From Octopus vulgaris (Eukaryota): DNA of 64,000 nucleotides. A program made the position numbers and the translations under genes. The notes beneath the pieces were generated by a model. The model did not search any database and was not told the origin of the DNA. It worked only from the letters and a program-made list of their open reading frames with translations. Shown here piece by piece: positions 1 through 11,368 of the stretch (position 1 is its first letter; each line of letters begins with the position of its first letter). The stretch lies in NCBI GenBank assembly GCA_951406725.2, contig OX597824.1:66526001-66590000 (forward strand). The letters run 5' to 3'.

Positions 1-8
1 GATGTCAC

Positions 9-139
9 CTATGTCCAACGAAAAATGGGCTGATACAACTTGGTCCCTGTGTTGTTACAGTCACATTTAAAGAGCCAGAACAAGCTATTTTGTCTAACAT
101 CCTAACAGTTCTACTAATTTGACACTTCCATTTTAAAAT
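9..139 (-). CDS. Probable coding exon 2 of an unidentified minus-strand gene (ILKWKCQISRTVRMLDKIACSGSLNVTVTTQGPSCISPFFVGH-R); gene continues left of the window
   Basis: Pyrimidine tract and acceptor 'ctttcactcttccag' on the minus strand. The only open frame is phase 0, matching the exon at 1275-1310. Weak donor AG|gtgac. Protein family not recognised. Confidence 0.45.
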
Positions 140-1274
140 CTGGAAGAGTGAAAGGTGGATTTGAGATTTGAACCTTGAAAGTAAAGAGACAGAACAAACA
201 CTGTGAGGTTGACACTCTAATGATTTTGCCAACATGTGTCAGAAAGAAAAAAGCAAACATTTAAAAAAAAATAAGCCCTACAATCTGGATTCAAGTTTGG
301 GAAATGAATCAATGTCATTATGACGTTTTGCCTCTCTTCAAAAAATGTTAGGCTTGATGTCAACCTGGAAACGGTAAGGGAGGCAACTCTAGTCTGTCCT
401 CTGCGGTATTTTATGAAAGTGATGTTAATTTGGCATGGGTTGAATGAGTGCATACATTATCATCGCTCCTGCATTGGTTGTGTTGTCACATTAAGTGTTT
501 TATGTAAGTCGTTTTTACAAGAAGTTTGGAAACTCCTTGTAAAAACTTTATTTTTGACAATTGAATTTATTTCGATCATAAATTAACGAAAATAATATTT
601 ATAGTAAATTCTATGTGATTAAAAATATATATAAGATGAAATCAGAAGATAAATTATTTATTGTTTTACTGTCATATGCTACTTTTGGAAAGAAAAAGGA
701 GTTTCATTTACACAAATAAAACGAAACACATAAGACTTTGTATGTAAGCGGTTACTTGCACGATTTTAATCAATAAAGAGATGCGTTTAGACAGACTTTA
801 CTACAATCACTTTTCAAATAATATGGATAAGAATGGTTACGATTAATAACGAAAATATAAAGCCTCAATTTTCTATAAAATAGGTAAATGAGGGCTGCTA
901 TGGTGTCTTTCCTAAATACTATCAAACAATATAAAGAAAATATCGAACTAATTTCTCGTTAATGTAACAGAGAAATCAGCGAAATATACATCGACAAACA
1001 TCCTGGATTCTTTAAAAAGGAGACTTTACATTTCAAGTTCTAAACCAGAGTGGACATTAATTGGTTGATTTGTTCAGTTCCATATCCCCGTGCTATAGGC
1101 TCGTGCAAATAATAAGGATGCTAGAGTCAGCATCCTTAACAACAACTGTCACAACAATAATGTTAAGAATGTGGCAAGAACAGTATTTTAAAGGGCTGTT
1201 TTACATATACACATAATCACTACGATTTGACTCTGATCTTAAAAATAATTAAATAACCTGTAGATTAAACTCAC

Positions 1275-1310
1275 TCGCGCTTTCGCTTCTCCGATATCTA
1301 AGTCCTCCAT
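1275..1310 (-). CDS. Probable first coding exon of the same gene (MEDLDIGEAKAR)
   Basis: aaaacATGG start in a CpG-containing patch, followed by a strong phase-0 donor CGA|gtgagt. X-box about 23 bp upstream. Confidence 0.5.
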
Positions 1311-1332
1311 GTTTTATTTATATACATGGCCG

Positions 1333-1345
1333 GTTGCCTGGGGAC
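1333..1345. promoter_or_regulatory. RFX X-box-like motif GTTGCCTGGGGAC
   Basis: Matches the RFX palindrome GTTGCC-NN-GG(C/A)(A)AC, with one perfect half-site. Lies immediately upstream of the ATG at 1310. Confidence 0.5.
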
Positions 1346-1489
1346 GAGACTAAGGGAGGTCACTGTTGTTGTTGAGAAGGTACCAAGAGAGGTAACTGCT
1401 ATAGTTCATTTTTTTTTTTTTTTTTTACCGCTGGAGACGATTATAGTTATGGTGTTAGTATTATCTGTTGGAATTATACTACAGACAAG

Positions 1490-2000
1490 ACGGCGAGCTG
1501 GCAGAAACGTTAGCACGCCGGTCGAAATGCTTAGCGGTATTTCGTCTGCGTTACGTTGTGAGTTCAAATTCTGCCGAGGTCGACTTTGCCTTTCATCCTT
1601 TCGGGGTCGATAAATTAAGTACCAGTTACGCACTGGGGTCGATGTAATCGACTTGATACCTATGTCTGTCCTTGTTTGTTCCTTCTGTGTTTAGCCCCTT
1701 GTGGGTAATAAAGAAATAGGTATTTCGTCTGCCGCTACGTTCTGAGTTCAAATTCGATATAATCGACTTAATCCGTTTGTTTGTCCTTATTCGTTCCCCT
1801 CGGTGTTTAACCCCTTGTGGGTAGTAAAGAAATAGGTATTTCGTCTGTCTTTACGTTCTGAGTTCAAATTCCGCTGAGGTCGACTTTGCTTTCATCTTTT
1901 CGGGGTCGATAAATTAAGTACCAGTTGCGTACCGTGATCGATCTAATCGACTGGCCCCCTCTCCAAAAATTTCAGACCTTGTGCCTAGAGTAGAAAGAAA
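1490..2000 (+). mobile_element. tRNA-derived SINE family A, with internal tandem duplications
   Basis: GGCGAGCTGGCAGAAACGTTAGC head, GAGTTCAAATTC B-box and core GAGGTCGACTTTGCCTTTCATCCTTTCGGGGTCGATAAATTAAGTACC. The segment 'aataggtatttcgtctg...gagttcaaattc' recurs. Many other copies occur in the window. Confidence 0.8.
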
Positions 2001-3049
2001 AAGTATTGTATTACGGACCTAAGGATGCAGTCTACGCACCGTTATTAATGCCTAGTTATGTTAATTCAAGGCCAAGACAACTTAACTATTGTTGGCTCAG
2101 TTCACGAGGCTGTAAATACATACAATACCCAGTTGTAACCGCTCCATTATGGAGCGTTCCCTATCATCAGCACAGTTACAAGTGTTTTAGTCAGCATCAT
2201 CCTCGGTATCATCACTTTTAATTTCATTAGAAATTTCTGTAAATTTCATCTTTGTTGTTAATGTCACTCCATCATCTCACTTGCAAATGTCTGGACCACA
2301 AAACTAACCCAGACTGTTTTTGAACTCCAAAATTTCCAGCCATGCTGATTCGGTCTTTTAGAATTCCCTCAGAAGTTACTATGCTTTCTATGATCACAAA
2401 ATTCAACAGAAAACAGAGTGGCTGAGATGGAAGGAACAAGCAAAAGATTTAGAACATTTCTGTTTTATGTTATCAGAATACTTCTCGCGTCACTCATATT
2501 CTACATTAAAACATTAAAAGCTGATCAATTTCTAGAAAATATTAGAGAGAGAAGGAGAGGAAGAGAAAGAGAGAGAGAGAGAGTGTGTGCATGTGTGTGT
2601 AGAAAGTGGGAGGAAGCAGTCATTCGCTAGGAATGCAATAAAGAAGAAAGTATCTTCAATTTATTTTTACTACAGGACCATCACCTGGGTACAGCTTAAA
2701 TGGTGGGATCAACTTTTAATCTATGGTAGCCCGAAACAAAAATGTTGTGCAATAAATGTTTTTTTAATATAGACCTAGGCATATATTATACGTGTGTACA
2801 TGTATGTGTGTATGCATGCATGTGTGTATGTACGTGTGTGTATACATACATCTGGCTAGATGTATAAATATTCACACACACATATATATAAACATACATA
2901 TGTACATATATATTGAGAGAGGAGAGAGGGTGAGAGAGATTAAATTTTTCCTTGAAATCCTCAGTCTTTTGGCCAGACACTACTTTCACCACACCACACA
3001 CCTGTCTTAATCTATTCTTGCTAATGATAAACAATTAAGAATTCATTAT

Positions 3050-4190
3050 ATACACACTTTCACCAGCGATGTCCTAATTCATAGTGTCAAATTACTTTGC
3101 AATTTAGAACACCTCACACCTCTGATTCTCATGCCACAGAACATTGCCAACACTCTTAAATTCTGCTTCTGTTCTTGCTAAATATACCTGATGTCTAGCT
3201 TCTCTTTTAATTACCTGATATAGTTCCTTACTCTCCCTATTTCTACCATCTTTCCAGACTTGTCACTTAGCTTTTATGGCTGTTTCTACTGTATATCTTC
3301 TGTTTTATTAGAATGATGCTCCATCCACACATCTGATCTATAGATTGCAGCTGATTGTTTTATAAATCTAGTTAAATTCTATATTACAAGTCTCTAACTG
3401 AACTTCAACCTTGACATATGTTTTACTTTGACTCCACTGGTCTTGTAAAGTGATATTTTATCTTTTATATCTTCTTTCTGTAGATGTTGTGTTTTGGGTC
3501 AATCTATCTCTTAAGCTAATCAATACTCTGAATTGAATGATGCATTTTTCATTAGGAAGAAAATATAGTATTCACAAACTTCTGCTTATTGCAGTTTCTG
3601 ATGTCTATAAGGTCTATCTATCTTCTGGCTTGTATACTTACCTGATTGGCTGACTGTTTCCTGAAGTTAGTATCACAAATAATTAGGTCATATACATCAC
3701 AGAACCCTCTTCATTCCCTGTTTTGTACACACAACCACCATGTACATCAGAATACTTATCATAGTTCTTCTCAATATGACCTTTAGAGTTGCTACCCATT
3801 ACAACTGATGTGATCATTAAGTGCTACTGAGCTAGTCTGCAAGAGAGCTCCATAAAAACAGTTGTTTGCTCATTATTAGCCCTGATTGTGGTGCTTATGT
3901 AGAGATCTCATGTGTTGTCTGTGACTACCCTAATATTATCATTCTGTTACCTACTCTGGCTACTACAAGTACTTTATTTATCTATCTGTCTGCCAAAAAT
4001 ATGTCTTTAGTGTTGTAACTCACTCTGAAAAATTTCTTGTCCATGTGGTATCTTACTTCTTGTACACAACACATATCTACTTTCTTCCACTCAAGTATCT
4101 CTATAACTACACTCTCTATATATTATATCTACCTCTCATTGTGCTAGCATTGGTGTTAGTAACCCTGAAAGTTTGCACATGACAATGATA
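3050..4190 (-). mobile_element. Decayed RTE-type LINE fragment (APE endonuclease region)
   Basis: Minus strand reads ...VIEILEWKKVDMCCVQEVR..., resembling the N-terminal APE motif. Many stops. Confidence 0.5.
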
Positions 4191-4619
4191 GGAAAGCTTT
4201 TGTAGGGGTTTTAGTTATTACATTAAATCTTACAATATATACAATACTATATATTATTGATAAAATATTGTTAATATAGCAGTGGTATTTCAGCCTAATA
4301 AGGCTGTAGGCCTTATCTCTATTCATGCGTGTGTGTGTGGTGGGAGCAGGGTCAAGCCAGTGGATTGAAAGTACTTGTAATTAATGTACTTTGTCACATA
4401 CTGTGCCACACTGATTCTGCCTAAGGATTTCTTTAAGGGAACGTGTATCTGTTCTCTTAAAGTAATCAATCAGTAATACTAGTCATTAGAGGAAGTACAA
4501 GGTTACCTGGCTGGAGAGAGAGAGAATGAAGACAGAAACATATGCACTACTGCAAAGGAAGTACATGGTTACACAACCTGAGGAAAGTGCAGGAGAAGGA
4601 GAGAGAGAGTGGGACAGCT

Positions 4620-5976
4620 GCATAAAGAAGTGCTGATCACTGAAAGTGGATGGTACCTACAGAATAGGGAGACCAGGAAGACGTGGGATGAAGTGGTTAG
4701 GACCAATCTCAGGAAGTTGGGCCTCATGGAGGAAATGACAATGGACTGAGCTGTCTAGTGATATGAAGTTCTAGAGAAGACCTGCCCATGTCAGCAAAAG
4801 TGAGTTCTAGAAGCACTGTGTGTTCCACCCACACTTAATACGAAAACTTCTCACACACTCCACCACAACAAACCAAACTACATTTCTACATCTCTTCTCT
4901 TCCTCACATCTCCACTTCATGCACTATGCTTATCTACCACTCCTCCATACTGTCCTCTTGGCCCTGTGCCACTACATCATTGCTCTCCACTAGCCCCTGA
5001 CCTGTGTATTCCACCCACATGCCCGGTTTCACTGTATTATTGCTATCTTCTAGCCCCCGACTTGTGTGTTCCACCCACACATAACAAGAAAAGTTTTCAC
5101 TCACCCTACCACAACAAACCACTCTACATTTCCACATCTCTTCTCTTTCTCACATTTCCTCCTTCATACACTATGCCTAGCTCTCACTCTCCAATCGTGT
5201 TCTCATGGCCCTGTCCCTCTGTATCAATGCTATCTGGTAGCCTCCCAACTCTCTATATATATCCAGGTTTTCGCCACTCCCTCCCCACCTCCACACTCTT
5301 TAATCATACTTCCTTTGCAATATGCTGCCACTTATACTATGGTGTTCAAATTTCAAGGGTATGCCCTGGCACTTGCCACCATCTGTATTTCCCTCTTCCT
5401 TTACTCAACCATCCCATTATTCTGATTCCTGTCCCTTGTGAGTATGCCTGGCATTCTGCCACCATCTCTATCCTGTTGTCTCCAACTCTCTCCCTCTCCT
5501 TCTCCTGCACTTTCATCAGGTTGAGTAAGCATGTACTTCCTTTGCAGTAGTGCACATGTTTCTGTCTTCATTCTCTCTCTCTCTCTCCAGCCAGGTAATC
5601 TTGTACTTCCTCTACAGCAAGACCCCTGTTTCTGACTCTCTGTCTCACTATAACCTTTCATCATCCGACACAAGATCACCCCCTCCAATGCCTCCTTCTT
5701 TCTCGAAAGTTTTTTTTTATGTCTTGCAAGTACTTGGTGACCCTGTCAGTGCAGGAGCCACTTAAAAGCACTCAGTCCATACTGTGCTTGTGCCATGTAA
5801 AAATCATTAAGTTCACTCTACCAAGTGGTTTGTGTCAGGAAGGGCATCCAGCTGTAAAAATCTTGCCAAAACAGTCACAGAAGTTTGGTGCCAGCTTGTC
5901 TGGCTGACTCTTGTGAAACCGTCCCACCCATGATAGCATGGCAGGTGGACGTTAAACAATGATGATGATGATGATG
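4620..5976 (+). mobile_element. 3' end of an RTE-type LINE with a long pyrimidine-rich UTR and (TGA)n tail
   Basis: G-R-P-x-K-T-W-like C-terminal remnant (gggagaccaggaagacgtgggatgaagtgg), the 'aggaagggcatccagctgtaaaa' motif and a GGACGTTAAAC-(GAT)n end. Confidence 0.65.
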
Positions 5977-6715
5977 AATCTTGTCTGTATGTGTGTCAGT
6001 TAACAATTCTTTTGGTTACCTTTAAAGCTTTACTCTATATTAAAATGTAACAAATGACAGCTGATGTGTTTTCAGATATTACTATCCTTCATCTTACTTA
6101 TCAGCTGATATTATAAAGATATCTTATCTTAATCAGTATAATCATTGATGACCTAATTAGCTGTAACGTCCTTATTGTTAAGAGAAATGGTAGGGTACTA
6201 AAGAGTACATGACTTCAATATATTTAGTTTATCTTTGTCCAACATACACAAGGCTCAACTTTGCTACACATCTTGTGGATGATAGCTGGGAAAAGGGTGT
6301 TTACTAATATAATCAACAGTAATAGCCTGTTAGCTTACATCTCCTAGCTCCTCCCCTTTTTACTTTATCATTATCATTGTTGTTGTGGGCTTTGTCGTAG
6401 TAACCCAATAAATCATTGGTAAATTTCACAGATTTGAAAATAAAATATATATTTATATCATTACATGAAGAGACCAAAGACTTTAGTCTTTAGTCTTTTA
6501 GTGCACTGAAATGATGGCATGAATGAATTCTAGTAGCAGTCTAAAATAAGTACTAGTAATAAACTACTTCCTTTCTGTTATTCTGTTTTTACTTTTGATA
6601 CATTACCCATTCTCATCTGACTAATTACACATTACTAAAGAGGAAACACAAGGGCTTCATGTAGTTAGGAAGTGAACTTCTTAACTACACAACCATGCCT
6701 CTGCATGTGTGTATG

Positions 6716-7566
6716 TACAAGGTGTATTCTAGAAGTCTTGAGACTTTTTCAGGGAAGACATTTATTTATTTCAAAGAAGTACAAAACTCTAATCTCCTTC
6801 TAAGTAAGTTTCTCTGACTTCAATGCACTTGTAATGCTCCAACCACTTCGTGAAGGACCATGCAGATTCTTAAAAGTAAAGGTATCAAGACCCTTGTCCC
6901 AGTCTCTTTCATCTTCACCTTTAGCTTGGGGAATAATAAAAAATCACAGGTAAGATGAGGGACAGTTTCTGATGCCCATCTCTGTCAAGTAGTTGGTTAC
7001 CAGGATGGAACTGTAAATGGCTGTTTTGTCATGGTGCATGTGCTCTGGATCTTTGTGATGAAATCTCTTCCTGAACTCACTTAAAACCTCCATAAAGTAC
7101 TCTCTGTTGACCAACTGACCAGTGGGGATCCAGTGAAAGTAGATGATGCCTTGCTATAATAAAGGGATATCATCACGAATTTCCCAGTGGACATGCCTTG
7201 CCTAGCCTCTTGTGCCACTAAAAATTTGATGTTCAGATTATACAAGTTAATATATTGGCAGTTTGGAGCTTTTCATATGTTTCTGTAGTGTTTTTGTCCA
7301 GTTTAAAACAAAACTTTATTGCATAGCAAGCTTCCAAATTGTCTTCACATCTCACCTGCATTCTGCAGACTAGTCAACTGTGACAAGCAGCGTTATGTAG
7401 GATGTGTTTAAAGTGTTGTTATAGCCATTTCCTTCAATCTGGAATGACAAAAGTTGGCAATCAGCTTATTAGATGTACCATAATAAAATACTAAAATTAC
7501 AATAATCTAGGACAGTTATTACTACCTCTCCTAGAAAAGTTTCAAAACTTCTGACATGCACTTTAT
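6716..7566 (-). mobile_element. Decayed mariner-like DNA transposon
   Basis: Imperfect TIRs (tacaaggtgtattctagaagtcttgagacttttt / aaaagtttcaaaacttctgacatgcacttta) and a degenerate transposase C-terminus. Confidence 0.55.
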
Positions 7567-7697
7567 GTGCATGTGTGTGTGTGTGTGTATGCATGTGTGT
7601 GTGCATGCATGTATGTGTGGTATATCACAGTTCATCTAATTGATGAAACTTATTTACTAAGAGTATTCTACAACTAATTAGAAATTCTTATTGTAAA

Positions 7698-7854
7698 TAG
7701 GCGCAGGAGTGGCTGTGCTTACCAACCACATGGTTCTGGGTTCATTCCCACTGCGTGGCACCTTGGGCAAGTGTCTTCTACTATAGCTCCGGGCCGACCA
7801 AAGCCTTGTGAGTGTATTTAGTAGATGGAAACTGAAAGAAGCCCATCGTATATA

Positions 7855-7907
<53 letters not shown>

Positions 7908-8120
7908 ATGTGTGTTTATGTGCTTGTGTTTGTCCTCCCAACATTGCTTGACAACCAATGGTGGTGTGTTTACGTTCCCGTAACTTAGTGGTTTGGTAAA
8001 AGAGACCAATAGAATAAGTACTAGACATACAAAGAATAAGTCCTGGGGTTGATTTGCTTGACTAAAGGTGGTGCTCCAGCATGGCCACAGTCAAATGACT
8101 GAAACAAGTAAAAGAGTAAA
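7698..8120 (+). mobile_element. tRNA-derived SINE family B, near full length, with internal (TA)n/(TG)n
   Basis: GGCGCAGGAGTGGCTGTG head, GGTTCATTCCCA B-box, ggcaccttgggcaagtgtctt core and a ...aaatgactgaaacaagtaaaagagtaaa tail. Near-identical to 23126-23543. Confidence 0.85.
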
Positions 8121-9392
8121 TATATATAAACAAAAACAGTCAGAAGAAACCAAGGGAATTATTGTTGCTGGCAGTACTAAACATATCAAATAATCATATT
8201 GTGAGGGTTTTAAAAGATTTATTAAAAATTGTAGTGCCTTATTTGTCCTCTTGATAAAAACTGACCTTATTTTGAGAGATAGGAGAAGTATTGCTTTGAA
8301 TAAATAAAATGTTAGTATAGATTAATTTAGTCAAAGCTTATCAAATTTTATGAGAAAATACTTTGATATTTAATTTATTTGGTTTTAGATGTTTTCTTTT
8401 TAATACTTCAAGGGGTCTGCATAGGTTTGTTATGTTGTAGTAAGCAGTTTTCTGATAGAGGTAAAATATTGTGTAGCATAGGTACAGCCAGTGTCTGACT
8501 ATTTTGTAGTTTAGATAAGGTCAACTACTTTCAATCAAAAAATAAAAATTAAATTATCAAAAATATATTTTATAGAGAACACGAAAACATTATAATTGCT
8601 AAAATAATAAATAGAATTAATAATAATTTTAAATTTTGGCAAAAGGCCAGCAATATTGGGAGACATGTAAGCTGACTATATCAACCCCAGTGCTTAACCG
8701 GTACTTATTTTATTGACCCCAAAAGGATGAAAGGTAAAGTCTACCTCAGCTGCATTTGAACTCAGAATGTAACAACAGATGAAATGCCACTAAGTAATTT
8801 GCCCAGCATGCTAAAATAAATAATAAAAGAATCTTTGAATGTTTTTCTCAAATACAAAAGAAAATGTTTTAGTATTCATATTTTGAACTAAAGGGCATTT
8901 AGTATAATGCTCAACTCTGCTGAGGGCAACATAAGATTGAAACCTTTTACTGCACATATCTTTAAGTCTCCTTATCTTTTAAGGTTACTTAGCGCAACAA
9001 CCTGGCATTTTATAACAATATTTTGCATACTATCTGCATGCTGACATGCAGGTCACTACCTAAAAGGATTTAATCCAAGAAACGTAACATTTATGGGTTT
9101 AAGAACAAAACTTGCTTTTTTTTTTTTGTTCTCTTAGTCTATTTCCTTTGTGTTCTTTCATCCATGAATTTCAGTCTGATTTTTTTACATCAACTCTAAG
9201 ACCCATGAATTTTATGTAACATTTTCAGGCCTCCCATAGCAAAGAGAGCAAACCATACTTTTCCATTCAGCTTTATCTGATGATCAATAATTTACCTTTC
9301 ATTTCTGGAAGATTATCATCATGAAACTGGTAATATTTATTGGCTGTTATGAGACTATGATATTAAATATATAAATATATACATAATAATAA

Positions 9393-9585
9393 TCATCATC
9401 ATCATCATTTAACGTCCGCTTTCCATGCTAGCATGGGTTGGACGGTTCAACTGGGGTCTGGGGAGCCCGAAGGCTGTACCAGGCCAGTCAGATCTGGCAG
9501 TGTTTCTACAGCTGGATGCCCTTCCTAACGCCAACCACTCCGAGAGTGTAGTCCACTCCGAGAGTGTAGTCCACTCCGAGAGTGT

Positions 9586-9588
<3 letters not shown>
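9393..9588 (-). mobile_element. RTE 3'-end / RTE-tailed short element, 5'-truncated
   Basis: (CAT)n-TTTAACGTCCGCTTTCCATGCTAGCATGGG...GGATGCCCTTCCTAACGCCAACC, the same sequence as the RTE 3' end at 51850-52025. Confidence 0.8.
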
Positions 9589-9627
<39 letters not shown>

Positions 9628-10363
9628 TAATAATAATAATAATTTTGGCACAAGGCCATCAGATCTGAGGAAGAGTGTAAGTTGATTACATTGACCTTAG
9701 TGCTCAAATGATACTTATTTTAATGACCCTGAAAGGATGGAAGTAATAATATTGATAATAATAATAATAATAATGATAATAATAATAATAACTAAAAAAT
9801 AATTATAATAGTAAATACCCTGATGCAGTACCAGGTACTGGCTCTCATGGCTTCTGATCTTAACTCATTGGAAGTATTATCATGTATATGTTTTTTCTTG
9901 GTATAAAAGATGGACTACAGCAAATATTCTGCTCAATACCATAGATTTGCTAATCAGTTGTTTGACTTTAGCCAGTTGAGCATGTCCCTCAGTGGCTGAT
10001 GATATGTGCATCTCTGATCACGAGCAGAAGTAGTGGGGGAACATCATAGCCATGTGTTGAGAGGGATTCTTTGGTGTTTGGATAATTCACCTCTGGAAAC
10101 ATGGGTGTTTCACTCAACATCCTTAAACAACCCTTATTCAAGGACCATTTAAATGGGATGGGCTACTTGACCTGAAGAAAATTCTAACTGGGCTCCCCAC
10201 CTGCAAAGTCATGCACTGATTATCTTGATATGAGATGACCATGTCATCATGCACATATAGTTATGATTCATGTACCTTATCAGACGGGTAGTCATGATGG
10301 GTATACTGGGCTTCGTTTATTTTACCTCAATGCCACTTTGATGACATGCACTGCTCTCTCACT

Positions 10364-10394
<31 letters not shown>

Positions 10395-10444
10395 GATGAT
10401 GATGTTGATGATCCTTCTCCTCCTCCTCCTTTCTACTATATTGG

Positions 10445-10930
10445 GGAGTGGGGCTAGTTAATTACATCAACCCCAGCGTTTAACTGGTACTTATTTTATT
10501 GATTCCGAAAGAATGAAAGGCAAAGTTGACATCAGCGGAATTTGAATTCAGAATGTCAAAGCAGGTGAAATACTATTTAGCATTTTGACTGGCATGCTAC
10601 CGATTCTGCCAGCTTGCTGCCTTTAAAATTTTAGCAAGACCCCTTAATACAACTCCTGGGAAAGATTGAATCCTGCTGAGGATGTTCATTGTTGTTGTCT
10701 ACATGTGTCTCTACCAACAAGACCACCAAGACAAATAATGATTTCAAATTTTGAAACAAAGCCAGAAGTTTCGTGAGAGGAGATAAATCGGTTTCATTGA
10801 TCTCAGAGTTCAACTGGTACTTATTTTATCGACTCCGAAAGGATGAAAGTTAAAGTCAACCTCGGCAGAATTTGAACGCAGATTGTGAAGACTGGCGAAA
10901 TGCCCCTAAGCATTTTTCCCGGCGTGTTAA
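10445..10930 (-). mobile_element. Two SINE family A copies
   Basis: Reverse-complement cores at about 10480-10545 and 10810-10880. Confidence 0.75.
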
Positions 10931-11332
10931 ACATTTGGTGAAAAATACATCACTAAAAGTAGTTCAGATGTATCTTTCGGGTGGTGGGGTACATATGTCT
11001 CGTCGGCGAGTGGTGTGTGGAGAGAGTGGGAAGGAAAGAAAGAGAGAGTGAGAAGTGAGAGAGATGGGGGGAAGGAGGGAGATAGAAAGAGAGAGAAATT
11101 GAAATCGAATAGTATTAATAAAAAAGGAAAATAACTCTAGGTAAAAAAAAAACGAAAACGATTTTATTTTCCAAATAGCAACACAATAAATACGTAAAGG
11201 AGGCGAATAAACGATTACCTATATGAGGGGTGAATAGGTCATACCCTGATTCGAGGTTGAAATTGCCGAACTGATACAGATTAGTGTCACTTTCCTACAG
11301 CTGTCTTGAGAGCAATGTTTAACTCCTTAAAC

Positions 11333-11368
11333 ATGGCCTCGCTTCTACGTCTCACTCTGCGACATCGA
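11333..11368 (+). CDS. ALDH6A1: ALDH6A1 exon 1 (MASLLRLTLRHR, mitochondrial presequence)
   Basis: aacATGG start. Arg/Leu/Ser-rich peptide with no acidic residues. Donor CGA|gtaagt, phase 0. In-frame upstream ATG at 11315. Confidence 0.8.

Noticed and set aside
4966-5550. 194-aa ORF
   Set aside because: It is a pyrimidine-rich retroelement UTR with no domain signature.
10590-10720. Minus-strand mini ORF/exon MNILSRIQSFPG...
   Set aside because: It is sandwiched between SINEs, runs into SINE sequence and has no good donor.
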